Shown one piece after another: positions 1 through 9,411 of a DNA stretch of 64,000 nt; position 1 is the first letter of the stretch; every line of letters starts with the position of its first letter. The stretch spans positions 32,001 through 96,000 of the forward strand of contig CAZWEM010000002.1 of NCBI GenBank assembly GCA_964632315.1, in the 5' to 3' direction. Both the position numbers and the translations under genes were made by a program. This DNA is from an uncultured archaeon (GTDB lineage: Archaea > Asgardarchaeota > Lokiarchaeia > Sigyniarchaeales > SOKP01). A model generated the notes under the pieces. That model was not told where the DNA came from and searched no databases. It was given only the letters and a program-made list of their open reading frames with translations.

Positions 1-129
1 AACTACATTTGGTAAAGTTTCAGCGAAATCCCTTAAAGCAGCACAATCAACATATAATCCGATATTAACGCCTCACTCACACACATAAACTCCAATTCTA
101 ATTTGCTCAATGGTCTGTTTATCAGACAA
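1..129 (-). CDS. hdrA: Heterodisulfide reductase subunit A-like flavoprotein, 5' end only (runs off the window), with in-frame UGA (probable Sec) at codon 19
   Basis: Manual translation from TTG at 129: MSDKQTIEQIRIGVYVCE*GVNIGLYVDCAALRDFAETLPNVV, matching the HdrA N-terminal RIGVYVCxCGxNI motif. TGA is at 75-73. SD-like AGGTGA lies 5 nt upstream. Not in the ORF track. Confidence 0.88.
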
Positions 130-393
130 TTAATTCACCTTTTTGTAGATTCACCAATATACTAATAATTAATGAAATTAGATGCTAATTCTTAATATCT
201 TAGGTATGTGAATAGATGAAACAATTTATTTTTTCTGTTTAAATCAGATCAATGATCAATTTCGTAACTCAAATGATCCATATGATTTTACCTATATCTA
301 AAATCTAATTAAATTCATCACATTTAATCAAACGAAAAAATAAATGAAGTTGAATCTTTAATTACTTGAATAAATGATCCATACGTATAGCAT

Positions 394-579
394 ATGTCAG
401 TAAATAACGAGAAGATTAAAGAAGAATTTGCAAAAGAATTCATGAATGAAGAAGGATTAAAGGGTAAGGCAAAAAGGTTAAAGATCATGCGCATAATTGA
501 CATGGTTGGATACGATAAAAGAAAGATACGTAATGCGTTACTAAGATCGGATATAGCTGAAAAAATCTCTCATGATTAA
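394..579 (+). CDS. Small basic hypothetical protein (61 aa)
   Basis: ATG start, protein-like composition, fills the gap before serS. Confidence 0.65.
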   Translation: MSVNNEKIKEEFAKEFMNEEGLKGKAKRLKIMRIIDMVGYDKRKIRNALLRSDIAEKISHD

Positions 580-672
580 TGGTAAACTTAATCCCGCACC
601 ATCAATTATTTATCATAATTATTTTAAAATATGCAAAATTAATGCCATCAATAATTTGAGAATGAAGTAAAA

Positions 673-1968
673 TTGCTTGATATTGAACTGTTCCGGAATA
701 AATTGGATAAAATTATTGAATCTGAAAAGAAGAGATTTAAAGATCCCTCCCATGCTAAAAAAGTGGCTGATTTAGATGTTAAATGGAGAGAAAACCTAAA
801 GAAAGTGGAAGATTTAAACCGAAAAAGGAAAAAACTCTCCATAAAAATCGGTGAACTTGCTAAAACGGGGAAATCAGCCAATATTAATCCATTAAAGGAA
901 GAAGCTAAGAAAATTAAAGAAAAGATTGACTTATTAAAAACTGAACGAGATAATTATCTCCTCGAGAGGGACAAATATAGATACTTAGTGGGAAATATTT
1001 TGCATGAATCGGTTCCTAAGGCAGAAACAGAAGAAGGGAATGAAATAGTAAGAACTGTAGGGAAGTTACCTGATTTTGACTTTAAACCCGCCTCCCATGT
1101 AGAACTAATAGAGTTAATTGACGGCGCAGATACTAGTAAGGCTTCGCAAATCTCCGGTTCACGGTTCTTTTTCCTGAAAGGAGATATCGTCTTGTTAAAT
1201 TTAGCATTACTCAGGTTTGCACTGGATAAGTTAATTGATTTGGGATACTTGCCCATATGGACTCCCTTTTTCTTGAAGTATGATATAATAGAAGCGGCTG
1301 CAGAATTAGCTGATTTCGAAGAACAGCTATATAAAATTCAGGATGAAGACTTATATATGATTGCTACTTCTGAGCAAAGTATAGCAGCTTATCATTATGA
1401 TGAAATAATTGATCCTAGTCGATTACCATTGAAATATGCAGGAATATCATCATGTTTTAGAAGAGAAGTTGGTTCCCATGGAAAGGATACTTTAGGAATT
1501 TTTAGAGTTCATCAATTTGAAAAGGTAGAGCAATTTATCTTTTGCAAACCAGATGAATCTTGGAATCTCCATGATGAACTACTTTCTAATGCAGAATCAA
1601 TATTTCAAGAGTTAGAAATTCCTTATCGAATAGTCAACATCGCTTCGGGAGAACTAAATGATAATGCTGCAAAGAAATACGATTTAGAAGGATGGTTTCC
1701 CGCATCTGAAAACTACCGCGAATTAGTATCTTGTAGCAATTGCACGGATTATCAAGCTAGAAAGTTAAAGATTAGAATGGGAACCGTTGGGTCACAAGAA
1801 CAAAAAGAAATGGTCCATACACTGAATTCTACTGCGATTGCAGTTGAAAGAACAATATGTTGCATTCTTGAGAATAATCAAAATAAGGACCATTCTATCA
1901 ATATCCCTAAAGTACTTCAAAAATACATGAATGGAAAAAAAATTATTAACCCTACAATATTAGAGTAA
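673..1968 (+). CDS. serS: Seryl-tRNA synthetase (class II, standard type)
   Basis: MLDI start, N-terminal coiled-coil arm, ATSEQ, motif 2 FRREVGSHGKDTLGIFRVHQFEKVEQF, ELVSCSNCTDYQAR, HTLNSTAIAVER. Confidence 0.97.
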   Translation: MLDIELFRNKLDKIIESEKKRFKDPSHAKKVADLDVKWRENLKKVEDLNRKRKKLSIKIGELAKTGKSANINPLKEEAKKIKEKIDLLKTERDNYLLERDKYRYLVGNILHESVPKAETEEGNEIVRTVGKLPDFDFKPASHVELIELIDGADTSKASQISGSRFFFLKGDIVLLNLALLRFALDKLIDLGYLPIWTPFFLKYDIIEAAAELADFEEQLYKIQDEDLYMIATSEQSIAAYHYDEIIDPSRLPLKYAGISSCFRREVGSHGKDTLGIFRVHQFEKVEQFIFCKPDESWNLHDELLSNAESIFQELEIPYRIVNIASGELNDNAAKKYDLEGWFPASENYRELVSCSNCTDYQARKLKIRMGTVGSQEQKEMVHTLNSTAIAVERTICCILENNQNKDHSINIPKVLQKYMNGKKIINPTILE

Positions 1969-1977
1969 TTATATAAA

Positions 1978-3210
1978 ATGACAGAAGTATCAATAGAAGA
2001 ATTTGAAGATTTTTATAAAGAAAGGCTTGATGATCTATTCTTCAAGATTAAACGAGCTGTTGGAAAACTCATTTCTGACGTAAAAGGAGGATTAGTTGAG
2101 ATTAAAAAATGTACTGATCACTTTATAGAAGCAGGTGAGGATAAAGTTGATAATAAAGCTCAAAGATCGTTACATTTTTTTTCCGATAAAATTAAAAAAG
2201 AAATCGATGAAATCGAATTACCTGAAGATGAAATTACATATGATAACACTCTTGAGTTATTAAACTCAATCAAAAGACTATTTAACAACATTAATGAAGT
2301 CGCCCGAAAATCATTACCAAAGTTTAAGTCTGAGGTCCAAACAGAGATTAAGGAACTAAATTATTTTACCAGGAAATTGAGCAAGAAACAAGCAACTTTG
2401 GAGCAATTCATGAGAAAAAAATACACTGAACTTAAAGAGGCAGAATACTTATTAAATAAATTACCTAAAATGTTTGCATTAAGAGATAATATAGAAAATT
2501 CTAAGCGAGATTTAGATCAATTCGAACAAGAATTAGCAGAACGTAAGAAAAATGAAGAAGCACTGAATGCAAGGCTTGTAACTTTGGAAAAAAACGATCT
2601 CTTTAGAAAACTAGAAGAAGAAAGAGATAGATTGTTCAAATTGAAAATAAATATAAATGATCAACTGGGTTTTAAAAAAGCTTTAAAGAAAATGAAATTT
2701 AATTTGGAAAAGGGAGAAATTCATGTTTCAAATGTGGATCTGAATTATATCAGAGATTTTTTAAAGGACTCTATCAGGACGTTAGCACAAGAAAGCAGTG
2801 ACTTAATTAAGTTCTCGAGTCTCTTGGTTCAATTACGTCGTATTTTAGAAGAGAACAAATTAAATTTAAAAGCAGATACAAAAGAGAAAACCATTGAGCA
2901 GATTAATATGATTTTTGATACTAAACAGATCTATGACGACATTGAGACTGTAAGGAAAATTAACGAGAACATTATTCAAATTGAAAAAGAAATTGAAGAG
3001 GCAGGATTAGCGACTAAATTAGAAAATATAAAAAATGAGATTTCTGCAAATGCCGTCAAATTAGAGCATCTAGAAAGTGATTTAGAACGGAAGAATAAAG
3101 ACTACATGAGACATTTAAATTCTTTAAAAGAAGAAAGAGAAGAGTTCCAGAGTTTAATTTCAGATGTTTTAAATGAGGATGTCAAGCTTACAATCTCATT
3201 TTCATTCTAA
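1978..3210 (+). CDS. Long coiled-coil hypothetical protein
   Basis: 410 aa, E/K/L-rich heptads, no catalytic motif recognised, 9 nt after serS. Confidence 0.8.
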   Translation: MTEVSIEEFEDFYKERLDDLFFKIKRAVGKLISDVKGGLVEIKKCTDHFIEAGEDKVDNKAQRSLHFFSDKIKKEIDEIELPEDEITYDNTLELLNSIKRLFNNINEVARKSLPKFKSEVQTEIKELNYFTRKLSKKQATLEQFMRKKYTELKEAEYLLNKLPKMFALRDNIENSKRDLDQFEQELAERKKNEEALNARLVTLEKNDLFRKLEEERDRLFKLKININDQLGFKKALKKMKFNLEKGEIHVSNVDLNYIRDFLKDSIRTLAQESSDLIKFSSLLVQLRRILEENKLNLKADTKEKTIEQINMIFDTKQIYDDIETVRKINENIIQIEKEIEEAGLATKLENIKNEISANAVKLEHLESDLERKNKDYMRHLNSLKEEREEFQSLISDVLNEDVKLTISFSF

Positions 3211-3942
3211 AGGGGAATCTATTTCTTTTATTTCTAAATCACGATTATCATTTATATCTTTTTTGAGCAAGGCTAATTTTAAATTATTCTTCAAAAATTT
3301 GAAGGTATGTGTTTCATTCATATTTAACGCTTTAAGGTATTCATATGCTAAAACTAAATCCTGCTTGATATCAATATCAAATCCCGAGCGAAAGGAATCA
3401 TATATTACAAATTTTAATTTTTTCAATTTTGCTTCGTTCACTAAAGCAAATAATGAAGGGATTGTTGGATGGGAAAAAAAAGTAGAAATAATATCAGGCG
3501 GAGATCGCCCTAGTATAGAGACACCACCTGAATGAATTGCGGGACAGATTACTATTTGATGATTTTTAAGAAGGGAAGATAGTTCAATAAAATTGACACG
3601 ATTGATGAGGATAACATCACAAAAAGCAAGGGTTGTTTTTGTAGCGTCATGTTTTTTCATTGCGATATCATTAAAAACCTCAATTACCTCATCGAAGGTC
3701 TTGTTTGAGTTTGCTTTATCTTCTTTAATGGGAATTAATCCGAATTCTTCCGCTAATTCCAGAATTTCGGGACTGGTGCAATAAACTAACTTATTTTCAA
3801 ACGCCTTTACCGTCGATACCTTTAAAGCAAAATCTTTAAATAAAGAAATTGTGAAATTTTTTAATTGTTCTTCTGTAAACACTGATTTTAATCGAGATTT
3901 TGCTCTTGGAAGAGGTGATACTGGAATTAATAGGCTATTCAT
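3202..3942 (-). CDS. cofC: CofC-like 2-phospho-L-lactate/PEP guanylyltransferase (F420 biosynthesis family)
   Basis: IPVSPLPRAKSRL N-terminus, central GG, C-terminal FDIDIKQDL. Confidence 0.75.
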   Translation of the reverse strand: MNSLLIPVSPLPRAKSRLKSVFTEEQLKNFTISLFKDFALKVSTVKAFENKLVYCTSPEILELAEEFGLIPIKEDKANSNKTFDEVIEVFNDIAMKKHDATKTTLAFCDVILINRVNFIELSSLLKNHQIVICPAIHSGGVSILGRSPPDIISTFFSHPTIPSLFALVNEAKLKKLKFVIYDSFRSGFDIDIKQDLVLAYEYLKALNMNETHTFKFLKNNLKLALLKKDINDNRDLEIKEIDSPLE

Positions 3943-4011
3943 AATCAATTATCTGATAGAATGAAAAAAATAATAAAAAGACATTCAAATGTTCGAAATT
4001 AAAATAATTTT

Positions 4012-4578
4012 TTATTTCAAGTTATTTAGTATTAAAATTGAGAGTGCTTCAAAACAAGCATTTACATTCTTATTTAACTTAGCTGAGGTTTCAAAATAAT
4101 TAATACCATACTGATCAATCAATTGTTCTATCTCATCAGCGTCAACTTTCTTTTCTAAATCTGATTTATTCCCTATAACGATGTACGGTACTTCTCCACT
4201 TAATTCTCTTAATTTCTGAACCCAGAAATCTACTTGTTTAAAAGTTGCTATATCATCCAAGCTAAAAATTACCATAGCTCCAACTGCTTGAACAAAATAA
4301 TACTCATTAGCAAATAGATTCTGTTCTTGTCCACCGATATCCCAGAAGTAAAGTTTAAATCCCTTTTCTTTTATGTCTTTAGTTATATGAGGGTTCTTGA
4401 GGTTTAATCTATCGATGACATTCTTCAAATCAACTTCTTTTATTAGAAAATTAGCACCTACTGTCTGGTGATATTCTGGGCTGAATTTGTCATCTACATA
4501 ACGTGCCAAGAGGCTGGTTTTGCCCACTGAAGGTGCTCCAAGAAGCACGACCTTCCCACGGTAACTAATCTTTACCAC
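4012..4578 (-). CDS. Rab/Ras-like small GTPase
   Basis: G1 GAPSVGKTS, G2 TVG, G3 WDIGGQE, G4 NKSD, G5 ETSAK. Confidence 0.95.
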   Translation of the reverse strand: MVKISYRGKVVLLGAPSVGKTSLLARYVDDKFSPEYHQTVGANFLIKEVDLKNVIDRLNLKNPHITKDIKEKGFKLYFWDIGGQEQNLFANEYYFVQAVGAMVIFSLDDIATFKQVDFWVQKLRELSGEVPYIVIGNKSDLEKKVDADEIEQLIDQYGINYFETSAKLNKNVNACFEALSILILNNLK

Positions 4579-4645
4579 CCTAGATTTATAATAATATGCA
4601 AATCTTTTTTTGATTTAAATTTAATTTATTTTCTATTTAAACGAA

Positions 4646-5497
4646 CTATGAATACGGTGCTTTTTTTGATGTAAGTTGAATTTCTTTCGTTTCTGAACTA
4701 ATGAAATGTCTAAATAAATGTTCATATCCCGTTAGCTGATTCCGCTTTCCATTTTCCATCCAGAGCCCAGAAGTGTATTCGGGAGCCTCTTTTACTTGAT
4801 CTAGAGTCGTAAGTAAGAATTCATCGTCTGTGATGATCAAACCAAATGGTATCACACTGTCCCCTTCAATAGAATGGATTTTTACATTCATTTTCAATAA
4901 TTTCTTTATTTCCTCTTTTAATGCGTCAAAATACTTTAATGCTAACACGATTTGAATATCAGAGGAAAATTTTTTATTCCAGATCTCCTTTAAAAGCCAT
5001 TCATATCCTCCCAATTCATCCATGAGTAAGTCTGGTGTAATGATAAAGAAAATGCGAGATTCAGCATTATTAATTAAATCTTTTATTTTTTTTCGAATCT
5101 TATCGCTACTATTAATCGACCAAACTCTTGGACCTGATTCTTCTTGCTCAACCTCTAATTCTCCTAAAGATTTCTCGATCAGCATGCTTTCATTAATTTT
5201 TTGCTTGTAATCTTCTCGAATTACCTTAAAAATTTTTTCAATTGGAATAATTTGATAATTTGCTCCTCTCTTTACCGGTTCTTTTTGGATAAATCCTCGC
5301 TCCATCAACCTATTCAAACTATCATATACGCGAGCACGATCTACCCCAGAGTATCTAGCGATGTCTGCGGGACTAAGGATTTTGTATTTCGAAAGAGTTA
5401 GCAACACTTTAGAATCATTTTTTGTAAATCCTAATGATTGTAAACCTTCCTCAATATCATCTTCGTCGTATTTTTCCAGTTCATCTTCAGTGCTCAA
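4646..5497 (-). CDS. TrmB-family transcriptional regulator
   Basis: N-terminal wHTH (LQSLGFT...IARYSGVDRARVYDSLNRL) plus TrmB effector-binding domain. Confidence 0.9.
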   Translation of the reverse strand: MSTEDELEKYDEDDIEEGLQSLGFTKNDSKVLLTLSKYKILSPADIARYSGVDRARVYDSLNRLMERGFIQKEPVKRGANYQIIPIEKIFKVIREDYKQKINESMLIEKSLGELEVEQEESGPRVWSINSSDKIRKKIKDLINNAESRIFFIITPDLLMDELGGYEWLLKEIWNKKFSSDIQIVLALKYFDALKEEIKKLLKMNVKIHSIEGDSVIPFGLIITDDEFLLTTLDQVKEAPEYTSGLWMENGKRNQLTGYEHLFRHFISSETKEIQLTSKKAPYS

Positions 5498-5919
5498 TCT
5501 CAGATTCCAACTCGTGGTCCTTTTCTTTCTTAAATATCTTATTATAGATATAATATTTTAATTTTTGTTTCATTATTTTTGATTTTGAGATTTTAGAAAC
5601 TTGTTAAATGCTTAATAAATTCTTGAGAAGCATAAAAAGTAATGAAAGTTCTAATTATATCTGCCACAGTGTAAAATAGCATTGTCAGAAAAATATTATT
5701 ATCTTTTTAATAAAAAAAAAAAAATTATTTTTATAGTGGTATTTTGTCGGTTCGAGTATTTTTAGCACATTTTAGATCCAAAAAATTCTATCAATAAGAT
5801 TTACAAGATCCCTATTTCGAACCATAACATTTATATAATAGAAATTCGTAGATATTATTAATTATAAATCTATTTTAAAATAGTATTATCTTGAAAATAA
5901 AATTGTGGAGGAATAAAAA

Positions 5920-6153
5920 ATGGCTAAAAAGAAACCAGCACCAAAGAAAGCTGAATCTTACATTGCTAAAGCTCCAATAAGAAGATTAATGAAAAAAGAA
6001 GGAGCCGACTTAGTAGCTGCTGAGGCGCTGGATAAATTAATTGGATTTCTTGAGTCAAAAGCGGCTGAAGTAACCAAAGAAGCTCATAAAATCTGCAAAG
6101 CTGAAAAGCGTAAGCGGATTTCTGCTGCTGATATTAGAAATGCAACAAGATAA
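5920..6153 (+). CDS. Archaeal histone with short Lys/Pro-rich N-terminal extension
   Basis: Histone fold APIRRLMK..GA..V...A...RK.I...DI, strong SD GGAGG, leader MAKKKPAPKKAES. Confidence 0.92.
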   Translation: MAKKKPAPKKAESYIAKAPIRRLMKKEGADLVAAEALDKLIGFLESKAAEVTKEAHKICKAEKRKRISAADIRNATR

Positions 6154-6195
6154 AGTAGCAATAACTTTAATTGAAAATTTTTTTTTATCTCTTAT

Positions 6196-6717
6196 TTATT
6201 TTCGTTCAAAAAACTCCTTATTTAGGAAAAGCGAGATATTTTCTTCTAACTTTTTCTTAACAGCTTTTAATCCTTCTGGTAGAACTCTTGTTTTTCCGAC
6301 GATATCAATGAATCCCAGTTCTGATCCATATCTCGGTACTACATGAAAATGAAGGTGTTCAATACTGCCCCCAGCAACTTTCCCTTCATTCATACCAATA
6401 TTGTATCCAATTGGATTGTAAAGTTTATCTAGTAATAGTTGTAACCCTTGGATGGCTTTCGTGATATGCATTATCTCATCTTGAGTTAATTCGAGGAACC
6501 TGAGAATATGTCTATTTGGTATAACCATTAAATGACCGGGATTGTATGGATAAAGATTAAGAGAGATGAATAATATCTCATCTTGGTATATTTTGAGTAC
6601 AACGACCCGTTCATCATCATCTCTTACTCCGCATAAAATACACTTAATGTTAGGTCGCTTTTTGCCCTGTACATACTCTAACTTTCCTAAAGCCTGGAGC
6701 CAGTCATTGAAAACCAT
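6196..6717 (-). CDS. HIT-family nucleotide hydrolase (Ap4A phosphorylase-like)
   Basis: CILC, NLYPYNPGHLMV and the HLHFHVVPR triad. Confidence 0.92.
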   Translation of the reverse strand: MVFNDWLQALGKLEYVQGKKRPNIKCILCGVRDDDERVVVLKIYQDEILFISLNLYPYNPGHLMVIPNRHILRFLELTQDEIMHITKAIQGLQLLLDKLYNPIGYNIGMNEGKVAGGSIEHLHFHVVPRYGSELGFIDIVGKTRVLPEGLKAVKKKLEENISLFLNKEFFERK

Positions 6718-6735
6718 AATGTCTAATCTTCGTAT

Positions 6736-7278
6736 TTATGAATAAAGAGAATAATCAGATCCCGAAAAATCTCGGGCTTTTTCAAGGTCCTCGGGGGTGA
6801 TTTTCCCCTCACAATATTCTGCGAGGATCATATTGCTATAAACCATAGCGTTAAAAACTCGACGTACACGTTTAAAAAAGGAATCTTTTGAGAGAATATT
6901 TGTCTTTGAAATATAAATTTGTTCCGTTATTTCATAACGGAAGTTTTTAATGTCAATTCGGTATAATACATCTTTCATTAAGAAGTGTTTTCTTATATCC
7001 ATGAAAAATTGATTTTTTTTGTTTTGTTCTAACGAGTTAAGAGCAGTGACGTGTGGGGGTGAAATTTGAGTTCCAATTGATAAAATAAGAAGATCTTTTT
7101 TTTTAGGTTTAAATACTACCATCGCTTTTCCAATAGGTCTACCTAATGGATCTTTTCCGGGTGGAAAAATGAATTGAAATCCAAAATCCAATTTTTCATC
7201 CGGAATCTTATTTGGTTGCAAATTCTCGTCTGAAAGATATTCTAAAATAGTATACTTGGTCTTATTATTATCAGTCAT
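6736..7278 (-). CDS. Conserved archaeal protein, DUF2299-like
   Basis: Resembles the DUF2299 layout; co-oriented in an operon-like run. Confidence 0.55.
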   Translation of the reverse strand: MTDNNKTKYTILEYLSDENLQPNKIPDEKLDFGFQFIFPPGKDPLGRPIGKAMVVFKPKKKDLLILSIGTQISPPHVTALNSLEQNKKNQFFMDIRKHFLMKDVLYRIDIKNFRYEITEQIYISKTNILSKDSFFKRVRRVFNAMVYSNMILAEYCEGKITPEDLEKARDFSGSDYSLYS

Positions 7279-7308
7279 TTTTTATTTGCCGACTCAGATT
7301 TTAATATA

Positions 7309-7671
7309 TTAATATTTTCCTCTTGGTCTTACTTGGGGTTGTACTCCAGCATCTTTTAATTTTTGGATATTTTTTTCTAATTCTTCGGTTGGAGTACAAA
7401 ATATTACTTTTAATGAGTCATAATTTATGAATAATGCTCCCACAATCCCTAAACCTAATAGTTCATTATTATTACCCAGGAAAGTATGATCAATATCCAT
7501 TTTTATTGCTTTTATGCCATCTTCCAATTCTACTAATCTTGGCTGGCAAGCAGTAAATCCTATACCCCTATTTTGAATTAAATAGTTCATAAGAGCATAA
7601 TCTAATTCATCATTTATTTCTCCAGCATCTTGGAGAATTCGTGCAATTTTAGGGGATTTTTCAAGGGACAT
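7309..7671 (-). CDS. Hypothetical protein
   Basis: 120-aa ORF co-oriented with its neighbours. Confidence 0.75.
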   Translation of the reverse strand: MSLEKSPKIARILQDAGEINDELDYALMNYLIQNRGIGFTACQPRLVELEDGIKAIKMDIDHTFLGNNNELLGLGIVGALFINYDSLKVIFCTPTEELEKNIQKLKDAGVQPQVRPRGKY

Positions 7672-7695
7672 GAATCTAATAAAAAAAATGATTTT

Positions 7696-7953
7696 TTATG
7701 ATCTATTATCTATCTGAACCCGATCAACACTGTGTAAAGCACAATTCATATCTTCTAAAGCATTTTTAATATTTGTTAAGTTTAAATCGCCGTTTCCTTT
7801 AATAGTTAGAAACACAGATGTAGTTTTCTGGTCTATTTCATCCGTTTTAATTTGTACGAAGGTAACTCCCTCTATTTCCATTATAACTTGCGCTAGTTCC
7901 CAGTTATCCGGTTGATGTGGTTTCAAGACATCGAGATCATATTCAATTCTCAC
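7696..7953 (-). CDS. DUF211-family protein
   Basis: LDVLKPHQP and ALHSVD motifs; SD GGAGG. Confidence 0.85.
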   Translation of the reverse strand: MRIEYDLDVLKPHQPDNWELAQVIMEIEGVTFVQIKTDEIDQKTTSVFLTIKGNGDLNLTNIKNALEDMNCALHSVDRVQIDNRS

Positions 7954-8047
7954 TTATTTCCCTCCTATAAAGACTACTATTATATTTTAAAAATAAATAA
8001 ATTTGAATTATATAATTTATAATTTATTTTTAATTGTAATGTAAACG

Positions 8048-8734
8048 TTATAAAATTTTCTGGAGTTCTTCAATCAATTTTAAAGGAATTCCGTCTAATG
8101 GGATGATAGAATTTGCTTTTTTAAATAGTTCATCTTGGAAAACTCGAGAGATGGGAGTTTTGATACCTATCGATTTTGCTCCAATATTTAAAGCTGCTTC
8201 GATATCCTTACTTGAATCCCCAATTACTATAATTTCATAGGGGCTTACTTTCAAAGCTTCACAAATGTAATTAAGGTGATCGGGATGGGGCTTTAGCATG
8301 GCTACGTTATCTCTACCAGCTATTATTTCGAAATAATGTATTATTCCCGCTTTTTCCAGGGATAATTTTGCATTTCGGAAGGTGTTAAATGTAAATATGG
8401 CTTGTTTAAGCCCTATCTGCTCGATAAACTCTAACACTTTTTCAATACCTGTAATCAGCGAAGCTTCAAGCGCTGCTTTTTCTTCAATTTCAACCACTGC
8501 GTTATTTACATCAGTAATTATTTCTCTAATTTCATCCTGGTTTTTTCCTATTTCTCTAAGTATGTCTTGAGAATTATTAATCAAGTCAAATGTACTTAAC
8601 TGCGTTCTAAAAAATTCTCTGGAGACTCCCTTTTCTTTTAAAAGTTTGATTACTATTCTTCTAGCTCTAAGTGAATCAATTTTAAAATTGATTAATGTAC
8701 CATCAAGATCCCATACAATTGCTTTGACCCACAT
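8048..8734 (-). CDS. HAD-superfamily phosphatase (phosphoglycolate phosphatase-like)
   Basis: WDLDGTL, KPHP, IGDSSKDIEAA. Confidence 0.92.
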   Translation of the reverse strand: MWVKAIVWDLDGTLINFKIDSLRARRIVIKLLKEKGVSREFFRTQLSTFDLINNSQDILREIGKNQDEIREIITDVNNAVVEIEEKAALEASLITGIEKVLEFIEQIGLKQAIFTFNTFRNAKLSLEKAGIIHYFEIIAGRDNVAMLKPHPDHLNYICEALKVSPYEIIVIGDSSKDIEAALNIGAKSIGIKTPISRVFQDELFKKANSIIPLDGIPLKLIEELQKIL

Positions 8735-8740
8735 TTTTAT

Positions 8741-9313
8741 TCAATATTCAAGATTAGTATAAATTGGACCTTTCGGAGTTAATTGCGATTTTTTAAGTTT
8801 GATGCCAGTGACTGAAAACGGTCCAAAATACGTGTTCTTATTCGTTTCGATTAGATTTTTCAAAGAACTAAAATTTTTATAATTTATTTTTTCTTTCCTT
8901 AGTCTTCCAATAGTTAAATGAGGTTCAAATTTGGTCCTCTTATCTTTTTTAATTTCTAATTTAGTATAGAGAAGTTCCTCCAATTTATCTTTTGCATCTT
9001 GAATAATTTGAACATTTCCCCTTACCTTTGTCCAAATAACGGAGTATTTTCTGAATTGTCCAACACCTTTAAGTTCATAACTATAGTTTTTATCTGGGAA
9101 ATATTTTGCATTTATTTCATTCATCAGGATAGAATAAATTTTGGGCGCAAGTTGCTCGGGAATGTTTCCCAAGAACTTGATTGTTAGGTGTAGGTTTTCA
9201 GGTTCAACCAATTTAATTTTAGATTGGTTTTGTTTAAGACGATCGCAAAAGTCTTGGATTTTTTCTATAGTACTATCATCTTTTAATTCAATAGCTAAAA
9301 AACTTCTAATCAT
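8741..9313 (-). CDS. thpR: RNA 2',3'-cyclic phosphodiesterase (2H family, LigT/ThpR)
   Basis: RSFLAI, two HLT motifs, C-terminal SQLTPKGPIY. Confidence 0.92.
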   Translation of the reverse strand: MIRSFLAIELKDDSTIEKIQDFCDRLKQNQSKIKLVEPENLHLTIKFLGNIPEQLAPKIYSILMNEINAKYFPDKNYSYELKGVGQFRKYSVIWTKVRGNVQIIQDAKDKLEELLYTKLEIKKDKRTKFEPHLTIGRLRKEKINYKNFSSLKNLIETNKNTYFGPFSVTGIKLKKSQLTPKGPIYTNLEY

Positions 9314-9411
9314 TTTCCATATCAGCCTTATTTTTCCAATAATTTATTATTTTCCATTCACGGTCAAATAGACTTTAGGTTTCATTATCCCATTAAAAAT
9401 ATAAAATATAG

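Noticed and set aside
5498-5919. ncRNA or replication origin in the long AT-rich intergenic region with a poly-A run
   Set aside because: No GC-rich stems, ORB-like repeats or adjacent cdc6/orc1; explained as divergent promoters of trmB and the histone.
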